Of a DNA stretch of 64,000 bases, positions 39,142-50,696 are shown piece after piece. How positions within the stretch are numbered: the stretch's first letter is position 1; each line of letters begins with the position of its first letter. The stretch spans positions 52,948,001 through 53,012,000 of the forward strand of contig OX597830.1 in assembly GCA_951406725.2 (NCBI GenBank), given 5' to 3'. The notes under the pieces were generated by a model. The model worked only from the letters and a program-made list of their open reading frames with translations, had not been told where the DNA came from and made no database searches. The stretch comes from Octopus vulgaris (lineage: Eukaryota). The position numbers were made by a program, and so were the translations under genes.

Positions 39142-39215
39142 ATCTGGTATCTTTCGATGATGCCAGTAGAGACTCAGCTGTTTGTTCTTTGGCCAGTTCC
39201 GCTTCCCCTCTACAG
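39142..39215 (+). CDS. NFE2L1: CNC-bZIP exon 8 (Neh6-like DSAVCS, Ser-rich)
   Basis: TTCTAG|AT CTG...CAG|GTACTT, 74 nt, phase 1 to 0, restoring the frame to the last exon. Confidence 0.83.
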
Positions 39216-40547
39216 GTACTTTTTTATATTTATTCTTTTACTTGTTTCTCTCATTGACAGTTGCCATCATGGGGTGCCACCCACTAGGGATTTCTACCTG
39301 TATTATTGACCCCATGCACCACTTATTACTTTTTCTAATATTAATCTAAAAAGAATGAGAAACAATCTGAAAAGGATTTGAATGTAAGACTTAAGGGGAC
39401 GAAAAGCTATTTCTCCCTACATCCTACTGCTTCTAACACACAGACTGAGTATTTTATATGTCAGTTCTTACGAACTAATACATGAGTGTGTGTATATGAG
39501 TTGAAGTGGGAAGAAAGGATCTTCAGACATTGGGTCTCGTAGAAAAGATGACTTAGACTTCTGATGGTTTGCTGTGCTTGAAAAGACACATGAAGCTAAG
39601 TAAAATTGTGGTTGTCTTTACACACAGGTATGTCCCCTCCATCCCTTTCTTCAGCTGAGTGGTTCTAATTTTGCAGGCTCGTGGCTACCAATACCACATA
39701 AAATGCACCCATGCCTGTTCCATGTAAAAGCAACCAGTACACTCTGTAGACTGATTGGCATTAGAAAGAGCATCCAGCTGTAGAAACCATGCCAAAATAG
39801 ACATGGAACCCAGGCAGCTCTTCAACTGGCCATCTCCTGTCAAACAGTCAAACCCCTACCAGTATGGAAAACAAACGTTAAATGATGATGATGTTATTTT
39901 AGATGCAAATACAATTGTATTAATATTATGGTGATGGGAGTGTCTGTATAGTGACTAAAGATGGCTAGAAATAGTTATCAAATCTCTCTCGCCAAACCAT
40001 GCCATTTTAAAAAGGAAGAGCAGCTTAGATAATGTAATCATTGATATACTACATCAGAAAAAGAATATGGGGTGGTCATGGTTAGAACACCTTTGGCCTT
40101 TAGAGAGAACACATACCCAGAAATTTGTAAGAGCAACAGTGTAGGTTATCAGTTTTGAATAACTAAACTTTGTTACATATAAATGGTACTATTTCTCCAG
40201 TGTGTAGATCCAAATGTGTGTGTGAACTTTTGGATTTACACACAGGTGAAATAGTGTATGTGTGTGTGTGTATACTCACACACACACACACATATATAAC
40301 ATACATACACTCACATATACACATAGACATCCATACATAAAACCCTATCATTTCTTATTATAAGATTTATCTGTGTTCTCACCTTTGTATTAATTTATGT
40401 CCTCTTACAAAGATATTCCACGGGAGTTACCACACAGCTCTGATAAAAATGATAATAAAGAAATTTAGATTTTTAAAAATAACATTTATGCATGCTAAAT
40501 TAAGAAATACCTAATTTTTATCAATTTTCTTTTTTTTATCATTTAAG

Positions 40548-41390
40548 GAGTTTAATGAGTTTTCTGCCTACGACCAACTGGAAGGTGCGACCGGTGGCAG
40601 TGACTATGACAGCTGCAGTAGTGGCTGCAAATCGGTGAAACTGGAACCAAACACCTACTACTGTAGCTATGACTCTATGAGACATGGCCAACAGTCGACC
40701 AAGCTCAATCAGTCAACATCTTCAAATGACACCGACTTCAACTATCAGCCAAGTAACACAAACCACATTCTGCACAACCATACTTACCCACAGCAACCTC
40801 AAACACAGAACATTAGTTATGAGCCTTCAGTATCAAGTATTTCTAGGAGTAAAACCTACAGCAGCAGTGCTACCACCCATGCCTACCACAGAGGTCCAAC
40901 TTCAAGAGACCATAAGCGTCTCCAGGAGTTGAAAGTCCCTTTAAGTATGAGCCAGATAATCAATTCCTCAGTCGAGGAATTCAATGATTTGGTCCGAAAG
41001 TACCCGTTACCTGAGCCACAATTAAGGCTCATTAGGGATATACGTCGTCGAGGCAAAAATAAAGTGGCAGCACAGAATTGCCGGAAAAGAAAGCTTGATA
41101 TTATTGGTACATTGGAGGAAGAAGTGATCCAGATGCGCCATGAGCGTGACCGGTTGCTTCGCGAGGGGAACCTGATTCATAAACAGACTCGAGAGATGAA
41201 GGAGAAATATAATGTCCGCTATCATGAAGTGTTCAGGTCCCTCCGCGATGAGTATGGCAACTCTTATGATCCACAGGAGTACTCTTTACAACAGTCTAGT
41301 GATGGTAATGTCTTCCTAGTACGCAAAAGCCTCACTTCAGATGAGAAAACTATGGACTCTAATCGAAAGAAAAAAACTGATGAGAAATGA
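40548..41390 (+). CDS. NFE2L1: CNC-bZIP last exon: CNC domain, basic region, leucine zipper, Neh3-like tail
   Basis: TTAAG|GAG. Contains LEGATG, HNHTY, IRDIRRRGKNKVAAQNCRKRKLD and YSLQQSSDGNVFLV; stop TGA ends at 41390. Confidence 0.97.
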   Translation, partial: EFNEFSAYDQLEGATGGSDYDSCSSGCKSVKLEPNTYYCSYDSMRHGQQSTKLNQSTSSNDTDFNYQPSNTNHILHNHTYPQQPQTQNISYEPSVSSISRSKTYSSSATTHAYHRGPTSRDHKRLQELKVPLSMSQIINSSVEEFNDLVRKYPLPEPQLRLIRDIRRRGKNKVAAQNCRKRKLDIIGTLEEEVIQMRHERDRLLREGNLIHKQTREMKEKYNVRYHEVFRSLRDEYGNSYDPQEYSLQQSSDGNVFLVRKSLTSDEKTMDSNRKKKTDEK

Positions 41391-41792
41391 AAATTATCAT
41401 TTCAAAAAAAATAAAAAGGGAAAGAATTATATAACAATAATAAAAATATAACAAAAAAATATGTAAGCAAATAAATATAAACAAAGAACAAAAGAAGTTT
41501 TGGGGCGGGATTTTGCTATTCTTTTAGTTTAAAAAGAAAATTTCACCCCCGTTTATGTTAAATATTAATTATTCATTGCCTTCTGATCTTGTTTGGTGAA
41601 CACTTCCAAGATAGTTTTTGGTATCATTTGTTTTTCGTTTTTTTGTTTCTGGTGGGGGTTTGATTTATAAAAAAAAAAATCTTTTATAATCATTTGTTAA
41701 TTTTTACCATCCATTGTTTTTTTTCCACATGTATTTTGTTTCTTTACCATCAGTTTTTCAATTCATAACTTCTATGAGTGTATGTGTGTGTA

Positions 41793-41827
<35 letters not shown>

Positions 41828-43807
41828 TACAAACACATATACATACATGTTCATTTGTTTTATGTTAAATTCAAAATGATTACTTTCACTGTTTTTGTTT
41901 TCTTTTCTTTTTTTTTTTTTTTGTTTCCAGCAAAATAATTTTTTTAATGATATTATTCTTTTTGTCATTTCAACATTTTCACCCTACCGTTTTACTTAAA
42001 TTAAAAAATAAAGAGAAAAACATACATGCAAACAAAATTTTAAATCTTTAATTAACCAGCATTATAAACCTGCAGAAATTTCTCTTTTTAACACTTCAAT
42101 TTTTTTTTTTAATTAACTAACTACCATGCAATATTAATTAACTTATTGCCAAACCAATTAGGAAACCTCTACAAGGTCATTCTACCTGCTAAGCATGGCT
42201 GCCAAATCTCCCTCAAATCACATTCTGCTGTAGGACGGGCACACATAGACTTTTTAACAATGTTTCTAGTTGGAACATCTTTGATCATAGCTCTGCTTGT
42301 TTAACGGGGACAAAGAACATCACAGTTATTAAGTCGTTAATTAATTAGGAAATTATTTCTCATATCATCTTAAACCTGGTTCGGTGTGTCTGTGAGCTGA
42401 ACACAAATTCAGCAGTTAAACTTGATACAGCTTAAGAAAAGTAGACAGTTTGAAACAGAAATAATAAAGTATTATTTAATAAAAAATATGCATTGTGTAG
42501 GAGTGGTGTAAAAATCATAATGAAAAGGATCTTGTTTTTTTTTTACTAATTAATAAGGAAGGTTTCTAACTTTGATAGTACAAGGCAAAAAATTTATAGG
42601 TAAGAGGTATGGTTGATTGAACTAAACCATGACATTACTGGTATCTAATATTATCAACCTCTTAAATATCAAATATTGGTGTCAGGTTTGAACTTAGTTA
42701 CTCGATGTCTGATAGGAAGCTGTATGTTGTTAAGTTGCTCTCTATCAGTTCTGCTATTACACCAACAACAACAACAACAATTATAAAACTGCTGCTGCTT
42801 TCCTCGGTTACCAAACCATTTCAGATTAAAATCCTACCAAAATCAACTGACTTTGTATTTGATTAATTTCCGTTGCTAAAGCTGTGTAGGGGCCAGGGTG
42901 GTGATTAAGATACCAGTAATACACTGCTTCAAAGTAGTTGGCTAAATTCTTTGTTTTAGGGGGGGGGGGCAAAATAAATTGTGTATAATTAACAACCCAT
43001 TAAAATTAATCTGCCCAGTGAGCATTTAGGATTAAGTACTTCAGTGAAAGGTAAGGGTCATTTGGTGGGGAGAAAGGCCTAAAAGGATTCATTTATTTTT
43101 TTATTTTTCATTTTTTTTTTTTTTTTTTTAATCATTCTAAACTTCATACATTTGCATGGGAGAACTATTCATTCCTGTCTATAAGGAGATAAGGCAGTGC
43201 TGTTGCCCTGTGGGTGTGTATGCATATACATTTTATGTGTGTGTGTGTGTATGTATGCAGACAGTTATAATATTATGTTGATTTTGACTTTGACCTATGT
43301 GGTGTTGAAAATACACACAGCCCTATATGTCAGCCTGATTAGTTAACTGTTAATTTGTTCCAAAGCTCAGGCATTTCATTGTCTGAAAAAACGTGGATTA
43401 ATGCAAATGTCAGCTTACTAAGACCATGTTTAATCCAATCTCTAAAATACAACACACACTCAGTTATACTGATTCCCCCACTTCTCTCTCTCTCTTCCTC
43501 TGTTGTTGAAACCTCTGCTCTTCTGAATAACAGCAACTTTGCATATTTTTCTTCCATTCCTGTTCAGTCTCGCTTTCTGTCATCATTTCTTTCCCCAACC
43601 TATTTTCCCCCCAGGCTCCTCTTATAACTTATCAGAAAAATGTATGCACTACCGGTGGTCAGAAAAAAAAAAAAAACTATTTTTAATATTTCATAATTAT
43701 ATACTTAAAGAAATATCCATCCTAAGGCATTAGAATAGCGCCTTACTGTAGCAAACATAATGCTTGGCTGGAGTGACTGGTTTCACTAGGCTGAGTATAG
43801 ATATAGC

Positions 43808-44045
43808 ATCATCATCATCATTGTTTAATGTCCGTTTTTCCATGCTAGCATGGGTTGGATGGTTCGACTGGGGTCTGGGAAGCCAGGAGGCTGCACCAGG
43901 CTCCAGTCTGATCTGGCATAGTTTCTACAGCTGGATGCCCTTCCTAATGCCAACCACTCCGTGAGTGTAGTGGGTGTTTTTTTACATGCCACCAGCATAG
44001 GGGCCAGAGGAGGCTGGCAAACAACCACGATCAGTTGGTGCTTTT
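43808..44045 (-). mobile_element. RTE LINE 3' tail
   Basis: (CAT)n-GTTTAATGTCCG..GGATGCCCTTCCTAATGCCAACC. Confidence 0.8.
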
Positions 44046-46951
44046 GCTGTAAAAAGAAAAAGGTTTTCACAATTCCAAGTCCTACTAGAAAATTGATATT
44101 TTGGATTCCATGCCCCATCACAATTTTCCCAGGCTCCACCAGTGAAGCATATCCCCCACAATGAGAATTCCTGCTCTACTGTGTCACCATTTCTTTCCAC
44201 TCTCTTCTATTGTCTCCGGTCTCTCTTCCCCGATCTGGTACTCAACCCTTTGCCCCCAATTCTGTTTTCTTTCCCCCACAACAGTAACTGCCTGGAGAAT
44301 CTCTCCTTGTACGTTCGTATTTCTGATCAAAATCAATCAATCTGATATACTCCAACTGAGCATCAACCATGTCATCGTAATACATCTTCATTTAAATGAA
44401 TTATTTAAAATAAACTTGGGCCAAAATGAACATTGCAAACCTTGAGGCACACATCCACAGGTGTATTTTCCTCCCTCTTTTTTTTTTTTTTTTTTCCAGA
44501 CTTGGGGGTGCATTTCTTACACTCGACCCTTTAGCATCCACTTTTATGTGCTTGCACAGGTCAGATGGGATTTGCTGAGGTAGATTTTCTAAGACAGATG
44601 CTCTTCCTGTTGCCGACCCTCAGTTGTTCCCACAACCAGGCATGTTTTTCTATGGAAGACTAGAAACAAACATCATTTGTATGACAATGATGCTCATTTT
44701 GCAACCATCACGTAATGTCTAGCCAAGAGTACACATACACACATGGCAATCTTCTTTCACTTTCTGCCTACCAAATTCACTTACAAGTATTTGGTCAAGT
44801 AGCAGACATTTACTCAAGCTGCTGCACGTTGGGATTGAACTAGAGATCACATGGTTGGGAAGTAAGCTTTGCAACCAGTAATGTCTATCTCTGTGTGTAT
44901 GTGTGTGTGTAAAATCTGTTTTAAATATAAATGAATGTAAATGTATAAAACTTTGGAACAAACATTAGTTGATCTGGTGTATTTTCAACACTATATGTAT
45001 GCTTGTAGATGTGTGTATGTGTGAAGATTCGTGTTTGTGTGTGTACACACGTACACAACTTATGTGTATACAAATGATGTTTTTTTTTTGTTTGTTTTTT
45101 TCATGCTTCATTATTTCATTTAGTTCTCTTAATTAAAACAAGCCTTTATTCTTTGTTCAGCCTGACTCACAAGTCTGAGTAAACACTTTATTCTGAATTG
45201 GATTCAATCAGTAAGACAGTTTGTTCATTGGGAAACAAAGTGTGAGGGAATAAATTAACTGAATCTAAATTAGATTTCTAATTAAACAAACCAGCCTATC
45301 AACAATTGAAATCCTCCAGCTCATTCAATTTATTCCATCTGTTAATTATACAACTTACTTGATTTCACTTGATCCATTGTTAAAATGATTTATTATTATT
45401 ATTATTATTATATACCTCTTTATTTTTGTAAAGAAGTTTCTCTTGTCAACTTGTTTCACCACATGGCTTGGTCAACCAACTAGCGCCGTCCCAACCCAGA
45501 CCCTACTGTGACACACATACTTCTCTACACAACTTCCCCCACACCAACTAACCATGCAATCCTACCTTACTTTTCCACAACCCTGGACTACAAAAACATT
45601 CTGAAGCTTTGATCACTGCCCCGATCCCTTCCCTTTAATAAAGATTAACTGAAGTAACATCACTTCACTTAATGTCCCCATGTTTTTAACCCTTCCCCAT
45701 TCTACACCTTCACTCTCAGAGAAGAGACTAAAAAAACTTCAGGTACTGCAACTTTCATCTTCTAACTAACAATAATTAAAATATACATATATACACACAC
45801 ATATAAACTACATGTATTGATATGTATACTATATTTAGATACTGTCACTATACATTGATATCAACAATACTATAAAGCTTCATTCATTGTCATTCATATA
45901 GTTTCACATTTCAAACTACTCATCCAACCTTGCACAACTTCACCCTCCACAAGTCCAGAAAAGGACCTGCTAATGCTATGAGCACTGTCCCTCTTTCTAT
46001 GACCACATTATTATTAATAAAGAAAATCAATTATAATACTAATATGAAAATCATTAACAATTTGTTGTTAATGATTGAACCATTGAAATGGTTATACTTG
46101 AGAAAGAATAAAGTAATTAAAAATAAAAATGTACTGCCAGGTTTTTGTTGTGTCTTTAACATTCTTTACTTTGCTTGTATGGGTCGGATGTCATATATGT
46201 GTGTCTTCTTTTACTCATTTCAGTCATTAGACCACTGCCTTCGTGGGTTACAGTCAAACAAATCAACCTCATTACTTATTTTTTTAAGACCGGTACTTAT
46301 TCTCTTGGTCTCTTTTGCTAAACTGCTAAGTTATGGGGAGGAAGGCCCGAAGGCACTCACACACCACACAACAGGCTTCCATCTACCAAATTATCTCAGA
46401 GCATTGGTCAACCCTAGAATACAAGACATTTGCCTTAGAAGCCATACTGTGAGACTGAACCCAAAAAACAAGAGTGCAAGGCAAGTTTCTTAACCACACA
46501 GCCATGCCTGCACTGAAGCAGTATTAAATTAAAATCACGCATCTATGTATCGTACATAATGTATATACATCAGACAGGCAAGTTACTGAGATGTTCATCC
46601 ATGTCTGTATGTATTTACACACAAATCCCAGAGGTCAACTTTACTTTTCAACCTTCTCAGTTTTATGAATTAATGTTACTTGACAAATACTTCTTTAGGT
46701 CCATTGGTGCCTTTGAGTGGTACATCAAGCAGCGATTGCCATTTATCTCAGTCTCTGGCCAACTGGTATGCCTCTTCCCAGACGGTATGCCTACAGCCAG
46801 ACCCACCATTGATTCTTCTGCCCAATATCAGAAATCAGTAGAGCAAGTGAATACAAATGCTGCTGAGGATACAGAGTGAATACAAAGTGATAGTCAAGTA
46901 CTGGTTGATCTCATTAACTATACTCTCCCCATCAAATGTGTAACCATTTAA

Positions 46952-48791
46952 CCCTTTCGTTACCAAACCGCCCGAAAAAAATTTTGGTTTAAAATAATAA
47001 TAATAATGAAATTATTGTATACAGTGCTCAGGTGCGCCACAACTTGTCAGAAAGTGCATATAAAGTACATGCAGTAATGTAAAAATGTCTGGAAAGTGAA
47101 CATGCTTGTGTGTGTATGGAGGGGAGAAAATCAAGTGTAGTGTTGGTGAATCTTAGGAAGCATGGAAGTCTTGAAGGATGCAGTGCTCCGACAACTAACA
47201 ACCGATGCCGGCAGTTTGTTCCACGCTTCAGCAACTCTCAGCGTGAAAAAATGTTTCCTGAAGTCATGGGAGCTGTGCTGTTTTCTTACTTTGTAAATAT
47301 GTCCATGGGTGGAGTTTGAAGAGGTGCTCAGAGTTATTGTTTGTGCGATGGTTGATAATTTTATGGGTGTCTGCCAGGTCAGCTGCCAGACGGAGTTTCA
47401 ATGTGTCCATGCCCAGGGAAGTAAGGCGTTCAGGATATGGCAAATGCCTGATGGAGGGTATTCTTTTGGTTGCACGTCGCTGAACAGCTTCCAGACGATT
47501 GATGTCCTGGGCAAGATAGGGGTTCCAGACCAGTGATGCAAATTCCAGGTGAGGTCTTACCATAGCTATATAAAGCCGCAGATAGATAGCCGGAGAGCGG
47601 CTCACAAAGGATTTGGTGAGTGATGCCAAGACACCCTCAGCCTTCTTGACAATTTAGGTGATGTGTTTTGTCCAACGCAAATCACTGTCGACAATAACAC
47701 CCAGGTCACGTTCACTTGAAGACTTTTTGAGACTAGTGTTGTGGAGGGAGTAGGTGGACGCTGTTTCAGGATTGTTTATGTGACCAAACCGCCCGAATTT
47801 ACCTATTCATATTTAAATGAGAATATCAGAGCAAATCTCTTTAGTACATTCGTGAAAATACGTATTATACTTCGTAAAGAGTTCAACTACAGTTTTGTAC
47901 AAAAATCGAAGTGTAATTTTAATTCCCTGAATTTTGGGAGATTTTTTTCCGAAATTTGTTCCTATTGTGTTTTCAAAATTTGTGATTCTGACAAAAAATG
48001 GATACGAATTTCATTATATCAAGCTGCGAATCAGAATTCGAAGGATTTTCTACTGAAGACCTTCATAAATCTAACTCTATGACTGAAAAAAAAAAGCACG
48101 TGGTATTTGATAATGAATCTGATGTTTCATTTTCCGATAGTGAAAACAGTGAATCCGAGAGCTCCGACAGCGATAAAGAAAATGAATTGGCACCTGATTG
48201 GAGTGAAAATTTAGAAACTGTTTCTTTCAGTGATTTTTCTGAAGAAACTGGACCAAGCCACAGACTTTCCCCTTAGACTATTTCTTTTTACTTTTTCAAA
48301 TGAGCCTATTTGAAATCATTACGGCGGAAATGAACCGTTACGCTAAATGTAAACAAAACGAAAGAAAGGATACTTTGTGGTTTCCCACAACCTTAAATGA
48401 AATTAAGACTATTTTGCCATAAATATAATTATGGGTATCAGAAAGTTACCCAGAATAACAAATTCTATCGTAAAATTTTGTTGTATACCCAATTGAATAT
48501 TAGCTAATAACCCATTTTCTATAGCGATGTTTGAACAAAATTTTAATAATTTTATATTTTGTTGAATTTACCTGTATCTACCTGCAATTAGAGTCACTTT
48601 GTGACAAAAATTATACTATAGAATTGGTTGAGAACATTTCATTAAATTATCTTCCAAAAATCCCATTAATATATTGATAAATAAAAAAGTTATAGTTGTT
48701 TAATGAAACCAGACTAAATTTATGATTATATTAGAAATTAATCGAAACACATAAGGGGTGTATTTTGGTCAGAAATATAGTAACGAAAGGG
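46952..48791 (+). mobile_element. Internally deleted piggyBac transposon
   Basis: TTAA TSDs; 12-bp TIR CCCTTTCGTTAC. Acidic N-terminus (ORF 47998..48276) continues by frameshift into PLDYF..LFEIITAEMNRYA..WFPTTLNEIK, typical of piggyBac transposases; the catalytic core is missing. Confidence 0.85.
46994..47761 (-). mobile_element. CR1/L2-type LINE 3' fragment nested in the piggyBac
   Basis: LYIAMVRPHLEFA..WNPY..LEAVQRRATK; (ATT)n tail; nearly identical to 50697-51460. Confidence 0.9.
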
Positions 48792-48816
48792 TTAAGTGTC
48801 AAATCATGATTTCAGG

Positions 48817-48858
<42 letters not shown>

Positions 48859-49068
48859 GGACCATTTTTCCGGTGCCTTTCATCATCATTTAACACATCC
48901 ATTTTCCATGCTGGCATGGGTTGGATGGTTCAACAGGGACTGCACTAGACTTCAGTCTGTTTTGGCAAGGTTTTTACAGCTGGATGCTCCTTCCTAACAT
49001 TAATTATCTGTCAGATTGACTATAAAGAAAAAAAAAAAAACATTCCTTCAGAGTTCAATGGATGAATA

Positions 49069-49281
49069 GCTACCCACAAGGGGCTAAACACAGAGGGGAC
49101 AGACACACGGATTAAGCCGATTATATCAACCCCAGTGCGTAACTGGTACTTATTTAATCGACCCCAAAAGGATGAAAGGCAAAGTCAACCTCGACAGAAT
49201 TTGAACTCAGAACATAGCAGCAGTCGAAATACCACTAAGCATTTCGCCAGGCATGCTAACGTTTCTGCCAGCTCGCCGCCT
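49069..49281 (-). mobile_element. tRNA-derived SINE, family B, with 15-bp TSD
   Basis: TSD TTCAATGGATGAATA at 49054-49068 and 49282-49296. Confidence 0.9.
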
Positions 49282-49314
49282 TTCAATGGATGAATACCTT
49301 GATCTTGTTTCAGT

Positions 49315-50531
49315 TAGTTTTTGTATGTGGCAGATGCTCTGGAGCATTGACCTCCGAAAATCTGCAGAAAACAACTTCCGTCACTTTCCAGGGGGAAAAA
49401 CTAGAAGTAGTTGATAGCTTCCGCTATCTAGGTGACCAAGTCAGTAGTGGGGGTGGGTGCGCTGAAAGTGTAACTGCTAGAATAAGAATAGCCTGGGCAA
49501 AGTTTAGGGAGCTCTTACCTCTGCTGGTGACTAAAGGCCTCTCGCTCAGAGTAAAAGGCAGACTGTATGATGCATGTGTACGAACAGCTATGCTACATGG
49601 CAGTGAAACATGGGCCGTGACTGTTGAGGACATGCGTAAGCTCGTGAGGAACGAAGCCAGTATGCTCCGATGGATGTGTAATGTCAGTGTACTTACTCGA
49701 CAGAGCGTTAGTACCTTGAGAGAAATGTTGTACCTAAGAAGCATCAGTTGTGGTGTGCAAGAGAGACGATTGCGCTGGTATGGATGAAGATAGGTGTGTG
49801 AGAAAGTGCCAATCCCTAGCAGTTGAGGGAACCCGGGGAAGAGGTAGACCCAGGAAAACCTGGGATGAGGTGGTGAAGCACGACCTTCGGATGTTAGGTC
49901 TCACCATGGAAATGACTAGAGACCGAGACCTATGGAAGTATGCTGTGCGTGAGAAGACCCGGCAAGACTAGTGAAGCCATAACCCGTGGCCCTACCTGGG
50001 ACGTAGTCAGTCCACCTGTGCATACCTTCCTTCTTGTGACACTTGTGAAGACCTGTTGAGGCAAGTGAGAATCGAATCAAATCAAATCAAATCGAACCAA
50101 ATCAAAATAGATGAACATCAATGGAATTTGTATCCTTGTGGTACCAGTGCCGGTGGCACATAAGAAAACCATCCGAACGTGACCGTAGCCAGTACCGCAA
50201 CAACTGGCCTCCGTGCTGAGGGCACGTAACAAACACCATCCGAGCGTGGCCGTCCGCCAGCCTCGTCTGGCACCTGTGTCGGTGGCACATAAAAAACACC
50301 ATCCGAGCGTGGCCGTCTGCCAGCCTCGTTTGGCACCTGTGTCGGTGGCACATAAAATCACCCACTACACTCTCGGAGTGGTTGGCGTTAGGAAGGGCAT
50401 CCAGCTGTAGAAACACTGCCAGATCTGACTGGCCTGGTGCAGCCTTCGGGCTTGCCAGACCCCAGTTGAACCGTCCAACCCATGCTAGCATGGAAAGCGG
50501 ACGTTAAACGATGATGATGATGATGATGATG
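49315..50531 (+). mobile_element. 5'-truncated RTE LINE (ORF C-terminus, 3' UTR tandem units, (GAT)n tail)
   Basis: FRYLGD..RIAWAKFRELLP..MLHGSETW..RRLRWYG..GRGRPRKTW. Confidence 0.92.
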
Positions 50532-50696
50532 TAGAGGAACAAAGCTGGTATGCTCCACTAGAAGTTCAATGTCAGTATGCATGTGTATTGAGAGAAGTTG
50601 GGCATAAGATGAATTATCTGTAGCGTGCAAGAAAAGAGACACCTGATTTGGTCATATGATGCTGACAGTTGCATGAAGCAGTGCCAATTGCTTTAA

